Assembly (NCBI GenBank): GCA_030141605.1 | Contig: JAQGDQ010000938.1 | Coordinates: 1 to 44,344, forward strand | DNA: 44,344 bases | Direction of reading: 5' to 3' | DNA from: Tubiluchus corallicola | Taxonomy: Eukaryota > Animalia > Priapulida | Shown: one piece after another, positions 12,172 through 24,633 of the stretch | How the letters are laid out: every line of letters begins with the position of its first letter | How positions within the stretch are numbered: position 1 is the stretch's first letter | Program-made: the position numbers and the translations under genes | Notes under the pieces: generated by a model | The model's input: only the letters and a program-made list of their open reading frames with translations | Database searches by the model: none | Told to the model about the DNA's origin: nothing

Positions 12172-13194
12172 ATCGGCCGGGCACAAAAAATAAGCCGTAT
12201 CTAAAATGCCATAGAGCCGAGAGCTTTTATCTAACTTGTGTATAAACTAGAAATGCTCTACCACTTACATACTCTTTTTTGCTAATAACGTCCAAAAATT
12301 TCACATTTTATGCTTGATACTGTCATCAAGCCCATAAAAGTGGAAAAATAGATGTCATTATGCAAGTATTAACTTTATGGATGTATTTATTTTATTTTAT
12401 TTTATTTTATTTTATTTTATTTTATTTTATTTTATTTTATTTTATTTTATTTTATTTTATTTTATTTTATTTTATTTTATTTTATTTTATTCTATTCTAT
12501 TCTATTCTATTCTATTCTATTCTATTCTATTCTATTCTATTCTATTCTATTCTATTCTATTTCATTTCATTTCATTTCATTTCATTTCATTTCATTTCAT
12601 TTCATTTCATTTCATTTTATTTTATTTTATTTTATTTTATTTCATTTTATTTTATTTTTTTACTTTACTTTACTATATTTTATTTTATTCAAATTCCCAA
12701 ATTTTAAAGCCTGTTCCGTTTACAGAAAAAGACAAAACAACTTGTTAATCATTTCAGAACTGATAAATATTATTGTACAAAAAGACTGATGAAGGAACTG
12801 AAGTTTTCCAATAAGAAATGGTCAAGATCTGGTCATTGGTCAAGATCTGGCATTGATAAATCGCTAGGGAAAATTTACGTCACTATCCTTGGTTTATTTT
12901 TTAGAATTTATAAATATGAAAGAAATGAAAAAATGAGTAAATGAATAAAATAAAGTGAACACATCAATAAATGACAATACAATCATATTAATATCTACTT
13001 TTTCATTTTTATGGGTTTAGTGACAATATGTAGCATAAAATGTTTATTTTTTTGAACTTCCTTATCAAAACTAAATAGGTAAGTGCTAAACTGCCTGTAG
13101 TTTACCATGTTAAATTTACAGTTATATAAATTTGACGAAAATTCTCGGCTCTATACCATCTTCAAGAGGGCTTACTTTTTCTGTCCACCCTGTA
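12172..13194. mobile_element. Possible degenerate Tc1/mariner-type non-autonomous element containing a pentamer microsatellite
   Basis: Left GGGCACAAAAAATAAGCC vs right GGCTTACTTTTTCTGTCCACCCTG|TA, an imperfect inverted match. Confidence 0.35.
12385..12690. repeat. Compound pentanucleotide microsatellite (TTTTA)n-(TTCTA)n-(TTTCA)n
   Basis: Directly visible. Confidence 0.97.
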
Positions 13195-13414
13195 TTACAC
13201 GCGGTACACAGACTCTGAACCAAGGAGAGGGATAATTTATGGAATATATTGGAAGGTGATGCAATCTTTTATATCAAATGAGAATTCAAAAGTGTGGAAC
13301 CGCGTGTGGCTTTACGAAGACAAGTGCTGAGCTCTATGAGAAAAAATCCAAAATAAATGAAAACATCTGACCACGTGAAAACGTGCTTGGTGGTAAAAAC
13401 ATCTACAAGACATA

Positions 13415-13869
13415 CCGTATTTTCCCGTGTATAAGAGACCCTTTTTTGCTCAGAATTTTCACTTTAAAAATAGGGGGTCTCTTATACATGGGAGTAAGTC
13501 TTTTCAATAAGATGCATAAATTGTGACACTAATGATTTTAAAGAAATAAGTGCTCTACAACTGTTTTGCGTGTCGCGTTCGACTATGAAGCGGTTGTAAG
13601 CAATACAAGCATCGTGACACAGGCATTATCTCCTCGTTTTCTCTTTTCCTGTTACAGGTTTGCAGGTACGCACTTTAATATATACCAGTACTCTTTTTCT
13701 ACAACACATTAACTGGTTTTATTTTGTTTTCAGTACCGCACTGAGTTGAAAAAAGTTGTACTTTACCCTCTAAAAATGTCCGTCTGAAAAAACTTTTTTC
13801 CAGAATTTTTGCCTAAAAATTGAAGGGGTCTCTTATACACAAGGGTCTCTTATACACGGGAAAATACGG
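13415..13869. mobile_element. Tc1/mariner(pogo)-type MITE
   Basis: TA|CCGTATTTTCCCGTGTATAAGAGACCCTT...AAGGGTCTCTTATACACGGGAAAATACGG|TA: perfect 29-bp TIR and TA TSD, with internal GGGTCTCTTATAC repeats. Confidence 0.9.
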
Positions 13870-14754
13870 TAATCAAGGCAATTCCCGATTCTCACGTAAT
13901 CAGCAAATAAAGGCTTTTCGTCAACCTAGTTTTATGGATGCGCCTTCGTTAGTAGTCTAGTTTCGTCCCAATTCATGAATACTTCCATCCGTAATCATTT
14001 AGTTCCATTATTAATCTGTGAGAGGCAAGCAATAAATTATAGTTAACATGGATGTGAATGTCACTGTTGCTTGGAAGAGAAACAAGCATCATTATTCCTC
14101 CTCCACTTTTCGTTTTAATTTGATACGAATTTTAGATACGCCCTCACTAACGATCGTGTTCACCCTCACATCACGCATTAAAAGGAAAGCTATGTCAAGC
14201 GTAATATCTTTCTCCTCATTTGCCGTTGGACGAATCTACTTCGATCGCTATTAAGTTAGATAAACACACGATGTATGTGGTCAGTGAATCCACCTCGTTA
14301 GTGGGAATCTACATAGCGGGGAAGCTTGGTCGACCTATTGAGCGTGGCTTCCATTACTTGCATCTAATGAATGATGCTGAACTTGAGATGAAGAAAGCTG
14401 CACGGAAATGTTGGTATCACTAGCAATTACTGTCCTCGTTTCAGAGATTTTTACATACGTAAGTCCTGACTAGATGGTCTAGTGCAAAGTTGGCTATTGA
14501 GAATGCTTCAATGACCGGAGGGACTGGAGGGAGTTAGACGTACTGGCGAAGTTTGAAAGTTTACTAGATAAAACACGCTGCATAAGAATCTTCACCAGTC
14601 GGATATTACTTGTTTGTATTATCTTTCTTCATTTAACTCCATCGGGCTGCTTCCTGCTCAGTTGCTACCCAAAGCGGGTGAGTTGTGAAGGCCTGCCCTG
14701 CAGTGTCCAAGACTTAATTGCTTTTAAAAATGGCTTCTGTTAGCGTGCTCAGTC

Positions 14755-14769
14755 GTAGATGATGATAGA

Positions 14770-14809
<40 letters not shown>

Positions 14810-14828
14810 CGATGATAATGATGATAGA
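14755..14828. repeat. (GAT)n microsatellite
   Basis: Directly visible. Confidence 0.9.
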
Positions 14829-15179
14829 ATTACGTTTATTACTCACACGTCTCTCCACTTATCATGTGCATTAGGTCCTGCGAATTTCTATAGGTGTACT
14901 TTAGTTTAAATATCTAGACAGCTGCTTCAACGTGGAACTCTTTACCACAAAAATTCTTTGTATGATTGTATGTTCATTTTGAGAGAGACATTGAGAGACA
15001 TATATGTTCGTTGTTTCGTTGTTTCACTGTTCCATTGTTTCCTCAGCGTCTACACACTAAAGAGAAATGTTCAGTACGAGACACAAGTGACAAGATGACA
15101 TTTTTCCTTTATTCTTCGTTTTGTGGCTTTATCTCCGGTCCTCTTCGTAAACTTGTATCCATTATCATCTGCACAATTT

Positions 15180-15400
15180 CTAGCAAATTCCTTAGCACCT
15201 TTAGATCACCTGATTTGACACTTTCTTAAAATTTTCTTCTTGTTTATGTATAGTTCTTTTAACCACAATCAAACAGATGTTCGATAGTATCCTCTTCCTT
15301 TTTGCCTAATGGACACCTCAGATCTTCTTGTTATTCTTCAGAGGTAATGTTAAATTTAAGTTCAAGCAGCTCTTGTACTTCTTCTAATGTTTGACCTTTA
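15180..15400 (-). mobile_element. Degraded LINE ORF2 C-terminal fragment
   Basis: Hand translation of the minus strand at ~15261-15330 gives QEDLRCPLGKKEEDTIEHLFDCG, a decayed CPLC...H...C zinc finger; stops nearby; limits approximate. Confidence 0.5.
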
Positions 15401-15616
15401 TCTTGGTGATTCTCGATTGGCATCTCCCAATCCCAGTTCTGTACTCTGGCTATTACTTTTCATGGGCGTTCTATTCATTTAATGGCATTTGTTCTGTTTG
15501 AGGCTGTTTAAAAGATGCGATATTTTCCTAGCCACCCAGCAGCAAATTGGTGAAATCCTTAGTAACCACAAGGTTACAGTTGCTAATTATTTTTAGTAAG
15601 AAAAATTGGAGCTTAA

Positions 15617-16158
15617 AGAAAAACCGGATGATTGTGTAAACATTAATTCAGAATCAAGAATGGTCTAAAATATTGAAAACTACAACAGCTTTTTTAAATC
15701 AAAGCTCAGATTAAATAATAATTACCTCGGATACTCAAATTTTGTTAAACTTTCAAAGCTACGAGCGGCTCAGTGAATCTACTAAGATTGGCAGCGGCGC
15801 CTTTTTGTCACGTTCGCGTGGCTGACAAATAGAAGGCGGTACCGTGGTAAGCATGATCATCAACTGCTGTGTTAGTTTCTGATGTCCTATGACGTAGAGC
15901 CCATTTTCGTGACACTACGCATTTAAGCAATACAGTAACACTTAATTTTTTTGCTAATTTACTAATTGTTACTACAACGGAAGATGCCTGCCGTTGCACA
16001 AACTGTGGTTAGTTTCTGATGTAAGCAATAGCTGTGTTCGGTTCCGAAGTAATTATTCAAATATAAGGAACAATTGTTTAGTTTTATAGGCAAGAAAATG
16101 CATATTTTGAACAGTAAATTAAAATCAGATCGAGTCTAACCAATCATTCGATTTTCCT
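15617..16158. mobile_element. Kolobok/T2-type MITE family A, copy 2
   Basis: TTAA|AGAAAAACCGGATG...TTTTCCT|TTAA. Confidence 0.85.
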
Positions 16159-16602
16159 TTAAGAAACAGAAAGCAGTTGACGTTACATTTGCTTTCATGA
16201 CTGCGAAGCTTTCAATCCAAGTAATAGAATATAATTTGATTATGAAAACCTTGTCAACTACGTTTGATTATTTCTATATGAATGGCCAAAGAGTAGTCGT
16301 ATTTATACGCTGTATGTCTCACACAGAAATACTGGACGTCGTACATCCAGAAATACGAAATTAATTTTCCGATACTTTGCCCTGTATTGAAATACTATTG
16401 TATTATATTGTATTTCTTACAGTCTTTCAGTCAACTTGATAATATCAGAAATTTACAGTTTACCGCGTCTTTCAGTACTGCATCGTCTCATGACAACAAA
16501 TTATAACTCAGGATTGATTACATCCGTGAATTCACTGCACTCTATACGCGCTTCCGTATAAATAACGGTCTACAGATTATCTAATTGGTTTCATTATACG
16601 AA

Positions 16603-17345
16603 TGATGATGATGATGATGATAAGTCTTTATTAGCCTCTTTTTGCAGGCAAAAATATCTGTACTAATATTATACAATTTTACATAGACACTAGACAGAGT
16701 GAATTCAACAATATTACATTTACGGATTCTGTAATTAGCTTTTCTAATTTGTGCGTATAACATTTCTTACAGTGATGTTAAACAAGAAGTATTAAAGTGC
16801 GGGCTAAAATCAAGGTTATTAATGCAGCAAGTTTCCTGTGAGGTAACATAAAAATGCAGATAAATTGATATACCAAATTATTAAATTCTAATTCAATGTT
16901 TAAATCCACAAGAGTTACAATCAGTAATCTCAAGAACTACACAAATTTAATCCCTATTTTACAAAAAATTAACAGCAGGATCTTAAAATAAAAGGGTCCT
17001 TTACAAAGTAGGTTAGTGTCGATATTAAATTTTCATTCTTGGTCAAATACACAAGATTTAAATTCTCATTTCCTAGTTCGTTTAGTAGTACATTTCGCCT
17101 ATTTGCGTCGACTCGACGACATTGGTATATCAAGTGTTCTGGATTCTGGGCTTCCATGCCACATTCACAAAGCTCATCTCTAGCAAATCCAATATGACTC
17201 ATCAATTCATTGAAATTTCCCTGTCCAGTCAATAACCTCACAGCTGCTACTTCTACTCTTCTTTCGGATTTTCCAACTTTTAAAGTAAGAGTCTGATCTA
17301 AATTTTTATGCGACAAATTGGCTGTAGTTTCCCCAGTAGTTGAGA
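16603..17345 (-). mobile_element. 5'-truncated LINE 3' end (CCHC zinc finger + 3' UTR + (ATC)n tail), copy A
   Basis: LLTGQG...CECGMEAQNPEHLIYQC resembles the LTGHG + CxCx8Hx4C C-terminus of I/R1-group LINEs; near-identical copy at 19720-20432. Confidence 0.85.
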
Positions 17346-17558
17346 ATTAGTTTTTAATTTTTACGAATTATACGAAGATAACTGTAAACTTACTGAGACA
17401 TGTCACTGTTAGGGGGGGGGGCATTAAAAGCTGCTACGAGACAATTGATTAAATGGTAATTATAGTTTTTATAATTAACTTCATTACGAAAACTTAAAGG
17501 AGTCATACAAAGACACCAGAAAAGAACCAAAGTGGTTTATGAACATTCTGGCGTTCAT

Positions 17559-18105
17559 TGTTGGCATCCTTCTGTCTCGGAAGACAATGGAATGTGCGCC
17601 AAGAGAGTCAGTTATTGATCACATTGATGGAGCTGCAGCGTCGACTGTGGCTGAGCAGTGCGATCCTTGAACGTCTCCAGGGCGCACTGCCTGGGCAAGG
17701 TGTACGGAGATCCTGAGTTACCCAGACAACAGGAACCCCCCTCTTCCTCCCCGGTGTAGTCCGAAGGAAAGAGGAGCGATACGTTTGGCACCAGGTTGGC
17801 TGCAGGAGCTGCCAGAGTCAGTGAGCATGCTGGACTGGTCCGCCTTCGGTGCTCCACTCCTGATTTGGAAGGTTTACTATTCTACACATGGCCGTTGGGT
17901 CTATTGACCTCCTCCGCCCTCTAGCCGTTGGCTGCTTGTGCAGCTCCTCCACCTAGTATCGAGATACAGTGTGGGCATCCCGCAAGCCTACAGCACGTGG
18001 TATTCCTAGGTGGTCACCCATCCAAGTACTAACCATGCTCCACGTTGCTTAACTTCGGTGATCAGGCGAGAACCGGTGTTTTCAACGTGATTTGGCCGTA
18101 GTATA
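17559..18105 (-). mobile_element. 5S rRNA-derived SINE (SINE3) with probable RTE-derived body and tail
   Basis: 5S-like head 18103-17984, no oligo-T terminator, GC-rich ~425-bp body, tail TCCATTGTCTTCCGAGACAGAAGGATGCCAACA; TSD GCGTTCAT at 17551-17558 and 18106-18113. Confidence 0.85.
17984..18103 (-). pseudogene. 5S rRNA-like sequence (SINE head, not a functional 5S gene)
   Basis: Minus strand CTACGGCCAAATCACGTTGAAAACACCGGTTCTCG...GAAGTTAAGCAACG...GGTTAGTACTTGGATGGGTGACC...GAATACC...GCTGTAGGCTT; box A and box C retained. Confidence 0.9.
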
Positions 18106-18448
18106 GCGTTCATAGTGATAATCAAATTAATGATTAGTTTTACAGGAGTTTCTCCAACTTTCTGTTTGAATTTTTCCAAAAACAGTAACAGCCCATCGCC
18201 ATTCTTCTTCCGAAATAAATAATTAATGATCATCTATTGATCCAGTAATTAAAAGTTCATCTTAGTAACGGCGCCGTTTGATGATAGTGAAAAAACTGAG
18301 TTAAGCGCTTACTGGAAAAAATTGAATCGATGAATTTGACGATTTTCATCGCTAATTAGCCGAAATGGCTTCATTTGTTTATATAATTTGCGTCTCAGAT
18401 TTCCTTAGTGCTTATAAAGTAATGAAACAGCCTACAGCACACAGTTAA

Positions 18449-19040
18449 AGCAAAACCAATCTTAAACTGTGGGTCAAAACAATCTACTCTTTAAAATATT
18501 GAAAGGAAACATACTATTTTTCAAAAATAACTTTACGTGAAAGAATTATTACCACACAGACACAATTTCGCGTTCGTGCCACTAGTTCTTCGCTGTTACA
18601 TACATTTCGCGGTTCGCTAGTTAGACTGGCGGTAGTGCCTGCATTTCGGAAACGCATTGCACAAAAACAGGTGCTGTACCTCTCAGTTCAGATATGTTAG
18701 TTCGACAGCTCAAGTGCAAGCACAGCGGTAAATTTGAAATTTGAATTTTTATCTTAAAACGTGCCTTGTTTTAGTACAACACACTGAATATCTTACAGTA
18801 GCACTGTACTTCAATTCTCGCTTTCGCAAACACGTGCAACATGCTCGTAGAATATTTTTGCTGTTGAAAATTATGTTAATTTGTGATGTCATCAATAGTT
18901 TGGCTCGCGCGCCGATAACTAAGATTTTAATCTATTATTGAATTACCAGAAACGATTTTGCAGGATTAATTGTGTTAAAATGTATACTTTTTATCGGATT
19001 TGAAAATGGGGTAGTGTATGAAAAATCATCCTGTCTTCCT
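18449..19040. mobile_element. Possible older Kolobok-type MITE
   Basis: Right end AATCATCCTGTCTTCCT|TTAA; degenerate left end TTAA|AGCAAAACC with loose similarity to family A. Confidence 0.35.
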
Positions 19041-19719
19041 TTAAGTGTACGAAATTTTCAAATTGTTAATATCACAAACGATAGCTTCAGTTAGCTTTGT
19101 ACTGCATAAGCCTATATAGTTAGCTTTTACCCGTCCTTTTGTACATTACAATGCTTTTTAATTTGGCTTTGTGGTACACACTAGGATTTAAAAAGGTATG
19201 TTCAACTTCAATGAGTCTTTTATGGGAAAATTTGGTGATGAATCATTTTTATACCTGAAAATGGTGCTAGTGGAAACGTTGATTTTTTTAATAAAAATGA
19301 AATAAAATGCCTTGACTTTCTGGGTTATTTATCAACCAGAAACTATATTTCTTATGCATGTTGACTGATAGACCTTATGATTTTTAAACTAATGAAATGA
19401 GCTTTAAAGCCTCAAAATTAGCATACTTTTGCTGCTTTTCCTCTGCTTTTGAAACACAAAGACATGCACAACGCCTTGTAAAAGAGAGACCGCTATCACT
19501 AAGTTTATGAAGTCATCTTTGTTTTTATGGATATTTTTGAATAGTCAGTATCTTCACGTGGAGGGTGGGCCCGGTGGGGGACGTTAGGATTTTAAATCGG
19601 AGCTCTGTTTGCCTTAAAGGTTCTCCGTTCCCGCTTTGTGTTTTATGTAGAATTGTCTTCGTTCAACCTCAGAAATGTGTCAAATGCAATGCACTAGGTT
19701 ACTGTGAAGAAAGTAACAA

Positions 19720-20432
19720 GATGATGATGATGATGATGATGATGATAAGCCTTTATTTGCCTCTTTTTTGCAGGCAAAAATATCTGTACTAATATTATAC
19801 AATTTTATATAGACACTAGACAGTATGAATTCAACAATATTACATTTTCAGATTCTGTAATTAGCTTTTCTAGTTTGTTCGTATAACATTTCTTACAGTG
19901 ATGTTAAACAAGAAGTATTGAAGTGCGTGCTAAAATCAAGGTTATTAATGCAGCAAGTTTCCTGTGAGGTAACATAAAAATGCAGATAAATTGATATACC
20001 AAATTATTAAATTCCAATTCAATGTTTAAATCCACAAGAGATACAATTAATAATCTCAAGAACTACACAAATTTAATCCCTATTTTACAAAAAATTAACA
20101 GCAGGATCTTAAAATAAAAGGGTCCTTTACAAAGTAGGTTAGTGTCGATATTAAATTTTCATTCTTGGTCAAATACACAAGATTTAAATTCTCATTTCCC
20201 AGTTCGTTTAGTAGTACATTTCGCCTATTTGCGTCGACTCGACGACATTGGTATATCAAGTGGTCTGGATTCTGGGCTTCCATGCCACATTCACAAAGCT
20301 CATCTCTAGCAAATCCAATATGACTCATCAATTCATTGAAATTTTCCTGTCCAGTCAATAACCTCACAGCTGCTACTTGTACTCTTCTTTCGGATTTTCC
20401 AACTTTTAAAGTAAGAGTCTGATCTAAATTTT
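19720..20432 (-). mobile_element. 5'-truncated LINE 3' end, copy B
   Basis: Same sequence as copy A with few substitutions, a shorter 5' end and a longer (ATC)n tail. Confidence 0.85.
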
Positions 20433-20912
20433 AAACGAGAGAGTAACGAGAGATGATGCTTTCATCCACAACAGCGGTCCTTTCTTAATGAACTTTTTAG
20501 GAAAACCCTGTTATCGCCAGGCAATTATTTTAATGTGATGAGAGACATACGTGCGCGCCCGGCGTGAAGCCAACTTGTATACCGTTTCCATGGTTACAGG
20601 TAAATACGTTTGTGTACCTCGATGAGACAGCTTGCATTCTAGCGATTTATTATAATCATTACTGGGATAGCATGGCGTACAATGTAGCTACAGCTAACCC
20701 AAACTTTGAGAGACCAAGTTTTGGTTGCCAGGCCCCGGCCCGTTGCGTCGCTCAACGTACACAACAAAAGACAGTAGTTGCATTTAGAGCACGTCAAATT
20801 ATGAAGTAACTGGAAAACTGTGATCATTTTTTTTTTGCTTTGCTGGGGTCTTTCTTCAGGTTACTATCAGTTTGACTTGTCCTTTAACCAGTAACTCTCC
20901 AGTAGATTATCA

Positions 20913-22897
20913 GCTCTGTTGTCAAAATGGGTTTACGTCTCTACTGTTTCTTGACAGTTTGGGCCCACTGCCTGACCTCTGTTGTCGAAGTGGGTTTACG
21001 TTTCTGCTGTTTCTTGACAGCTTGGGCCCACTGCCTGGCCTCTGTTGTCGAAATGGGTTTACGTTTCTGCTGTTTCTTACAGTTTTGGCACACTGCCTGG
21101 CCTCTGTTGTCGAAATGGGTTTACGTTTCTGCTGTTTCTTGACAGTTTAAGCATATTGCCTGGCCTCTGTTGTCGAAATGGGTTTACGTTTCTGCTGTTT
21201 CTTGACAGTTTAGGCATACTGCCTGGCCTCTGTTGTCGAAATGGGTTTACGTTTCTGCTGTTTCTTGACAGTTTGGGCACACTGCCTGGCCTCTGTTGTC
21301 GAAATGGGTTTACGTTTCTGCTGTTTCTTGACAGTTTAAGCATACTGCCTGGCCTCTGTTGTGGAAATGGGTTTACGTTTCTGCTGTTTCTTGACAGTTT
21401 TGACACACTGCCTGGCCTCTGTTGTCGAAATGGGTTTACGTTTCTGCTGTTTCTTGACAGTTTGGGCACACTGCCTGGCCTCTGTTGTCGAAATGGGTTT
21501 ACGTTTCTGCTGTTTCTTGACAGTTTAGGCATACTGCCTGGCCTCTGTTGTCGAAATGGGTTTACGTTTCTGCTGTTTCTTACAGTTATACTGCCTGGCC
21601 TCTGTTAATGAGTTTACGTTTCTGCTGTTTCTTGACAGTTTGGGCATACTGCCTGGCCTCTGTTGTCGAAATGGGTTTACGTTTCTGCTGTTTCTTGACA
21701 GTTTGGGCATACTGCCTGGCCTCTGTTGTCGAAATGGGTTTACGTTTCTGCTGTTTCTTGACAGCTTGGGCACACTGCCTGGCCTCTGTTGCCGAAATGG
21801 GTTTACGTTTCTGCTGTTTCTTGACAGTTTGAGCACACTGCCTGGCCTCTGTTGTCGAAATGGGTTTACGTTTCTGCTGTTTCTTGACAGTTTAGGCATA
21901 CTGCCTGGCCTCTGTTGTCGAAATGAGTTTACGTTTCTGCTGTTTCTTGACAGTTTTGGCACACTGCCTGCTCTGTTGGCAAATGGGTTTACGTTTCTTG
22001 TCTTACAGTTTACTATTGCCTGCCCTCTGTTGTGGAAAAAATTTTACGTCTCTGCTGTTTCTTGACAGTTTCACCACACTCTCTCTGTTGAAACGGGTTT
22101 ACGTTTCTGCTGTTTCTTGACAGTTTGGGCACACTGCCTGGCCTCTGTTGAAAATGGGTTTACGTTTCGTTGACAGTTTCATGCCTGGCCTCTGTTGTCA
22201 AAATGGGTTTACGTTTCTGCTGTTTCTTGACAGCTTGGGCACACTGCCTCGCCTCTTTCGAAATGGGTTTACGTTTCTGCTGTTTCTTGACAGTTTGAGC
22301 ACACTGCCTGGCCTCTGTTGTGGAAATGGGTTTACGTTTCTGCTGTTTCTTGACAGCTTGGGCACACTGCCTGGCCTCTGTTGCCGAAATGGGTTTACGT
22401 TTCTGCTGTTTCTTAACAGTTTGGGCACACTGCCTGGCCTCTGTTGTCGAAATGGGTTTACGTTTCTGCTGTTTCTTGACAGCTTGGGCACACTGCCTGG
22501 CCTCTGTTGTCGAAATGGGTTTACGTTTCTACTGTTTCTTGACAGTTTGGGCCCACTGCCTGGCCTCTGTTCTCGAAATGGGTTTACGTTTCTGCTGTTT
22601 CTTGACAGTTTGGGCACACTGCCTGGCCTCTGTTGTCGAAATGGGTTTACGTTTCTGCTGTTTCTTGGCAGTTTGGGCACACTGCCTGGCCTCTGTTTTC
22701 CAAATGGGTTTACGTCTCTGCTGTTTCTTGACAGCTTGGGCACACTGCCTGGCCTCTGTTGTCGAAGTAGGTTTACGTTTCTGCTGTTTCTTGACAGTTT
22801 GGGCACACTGCCTGGCCTCTGTTGTCGAAATGAGTTTACGTTTCTGCTGTTTCTTGACAGTTTGGGCACACTGCCTGGCCTCGGTTGTCGAAATGGA
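20913..22897. repeat. 63-bp minisatellite, about 30 copies
   Basis: Unit CTCTGTTGTCGAAATGGGTTTACGTTTCTGCTGTTTCTTGACAGTTTGGGCACACTGCCTGGC; degenerate units at ~21960-22190. Confidence 0.97.
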
Positions 22898-24633
22898 ATA
22901 AAATCGAATTCACCTTTTGACCTGAAAAACCTACCATTTTACAACTGCCTGTTCTCGATCATGTTTTAACTGTTTATCTTCGCTCCAGGAATGTCACAAT
23001 TTTCTTCTCTTCTTTTCACTTGTCCTTTTCCTTTCCCTTGTGCTTATCCAAAGGGAAACCATGCATAATCGTATATACGTTCATTTGTTTTTGCATGTAG
23101 ATGGCACCACATGCTGTACTCTCAGTAATGTGTGCCACACAAAGTATTTATGTCACTATCGGTCCATGTATAAGAATAGCTCCTGAACTGATGAAAGCTG
23201 TTGTTTCTTTAAAAACGAATTATTGCTTCTGGCTTTGAACTTAGTGCCAATGCGGCTCCAAATTTCGATTGCTACGTGACAAAAATATTCTGATGCAGTG
23301 ATTTTTTGTTTTAAGAAATTAACAGGCAGCGCGGCTTCTTTGGTGAACTGCATATTTCAAAATGCAAAAACGCCATTGCTAATCAGGAAGCCATTGGAGT
23401 TTACGCCCATTCCGATTGTACTCATAATTGTGATTCACTGCAGGTCATTGGCTTGCAAATCACATATTCTCAGACGACGACCTCTTTGCAAACTATACCG
23501 CTACTGTTCAGCGGAAGCCACTCATCCAGGCGGTAAATGGCTCACATTCACGACTGCTAAGTGCTGTTTGGGTGCAAACCTTTGGTGAATTATTCCATAA
23601 AGAAGCAGAAATAATTGGTATATTCTGTGGCGTTTTCAAATCACAAATTGCCTGGTAGGAAGGAAATAATGCCCAACATTTCTTAATTAGTGTTGTGACA
23701 GAAACTTAATTATTGTCAGCTAATGTAAGCACGTTCCATATCTTTTGCAGATAGCTGTTTTCTACGGTAGCTAATTACAAAATTTCCAAGAGCAGATGCT
23801 AACAAACAAAATCACGTTAGCTTGGGGGGGGAATAATTCTCCCCAGTGAAATATGTTTCACTGACTACGTTTTACGTTTGATTCGCAATGAATCATGATG
23901 AATAATGTCTTTCAAAGTAAGACGCTCGTCTTCATGCATCATCTGTCTTAGCCGATTTACTGACATTCAAATATAAATGCAAGAACAGATTACTCATAGA
24001 TATATAAGCGCGCAGTTGTCATTTCAACTACATGTATACTAAAACTGCAATTCACAAAATCGGTTTAGGATTTCTCTTTGTGGATGATAACAATAGCCGT
24101 AATACGATACTCAAGAAAATCTACAAATAGCAGATTGATGATATAACATGTTTGTTATAAATTAAAAAGAACATTAAATGAGTGAAATGAAACCATGTGC
24201 TTGTATTTAAGAAATTGCAAACTCATTACAAATGCTTATCTTAAAAACACACCTGTTACTATAATTCATCTTATTAATATCATGTGATTATTTTATGCAC
24301 GGCGAAAAGTGTTTTTCGTGTTGCCTTTGTTCAGCTTATGGGGGACACTTATAAACCGGCTGATTTAGTTGAGATTATTTTTAGAAAAATACAAAATCGT
24401 TATGATCGGGTTTATGAAATTGAGTTTTCCGTATTTTCTGATTATATTTAAAACTTGTGTCCAAATCATGTATAACGGACATGTGATAGCGGTAGTTCTT
24501 ATTTATTTAGCATATGTGTTGTACGTCACGCATGTTATTTGTTAGACATCCTACATTTCTTTTTCCATCCCATTTTTTAATTATTAGCCATTTATTCACT
24601 CTTTGTAGTCGTCTAAGGTATGTGTATATTTAA

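Noticed and set aside
12360-12748. FILFY-repeat ORFs
   Set aside because: Translations of the pentamer microsatellite.
12784-12835. Hammerhead ribozyme (CTGATGA...GAAA)
   Set aside because: Stem II is not directly followed by GAAA and stems I/III cannot be built.
14460-14830. Possible SINE ending in (GAT)n
   Set aside because: GC-richer body with a repeat tail, but no convincing A/B boxes, TSD or second copy; unresolved.
17984-18103. Functional 5S rRNA gene
   Set aside because: Solitary, altered 5' end, no oligo-T terminator, and enclosed with a body inside a TSD.
20913-22897. CRISPR array or repeat-protein gene
   Set aside because: Head-to-tail units without unique spacers, no cas genes, eukaryotic intron; ORFs follow from the 63-bp period and are broken by indels.
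23751-23766. Additional microexon (TTTTGCAG|16 nt|GTAGCT)
   Set aside because: Not a multiple of 3, weak donor, no other support.
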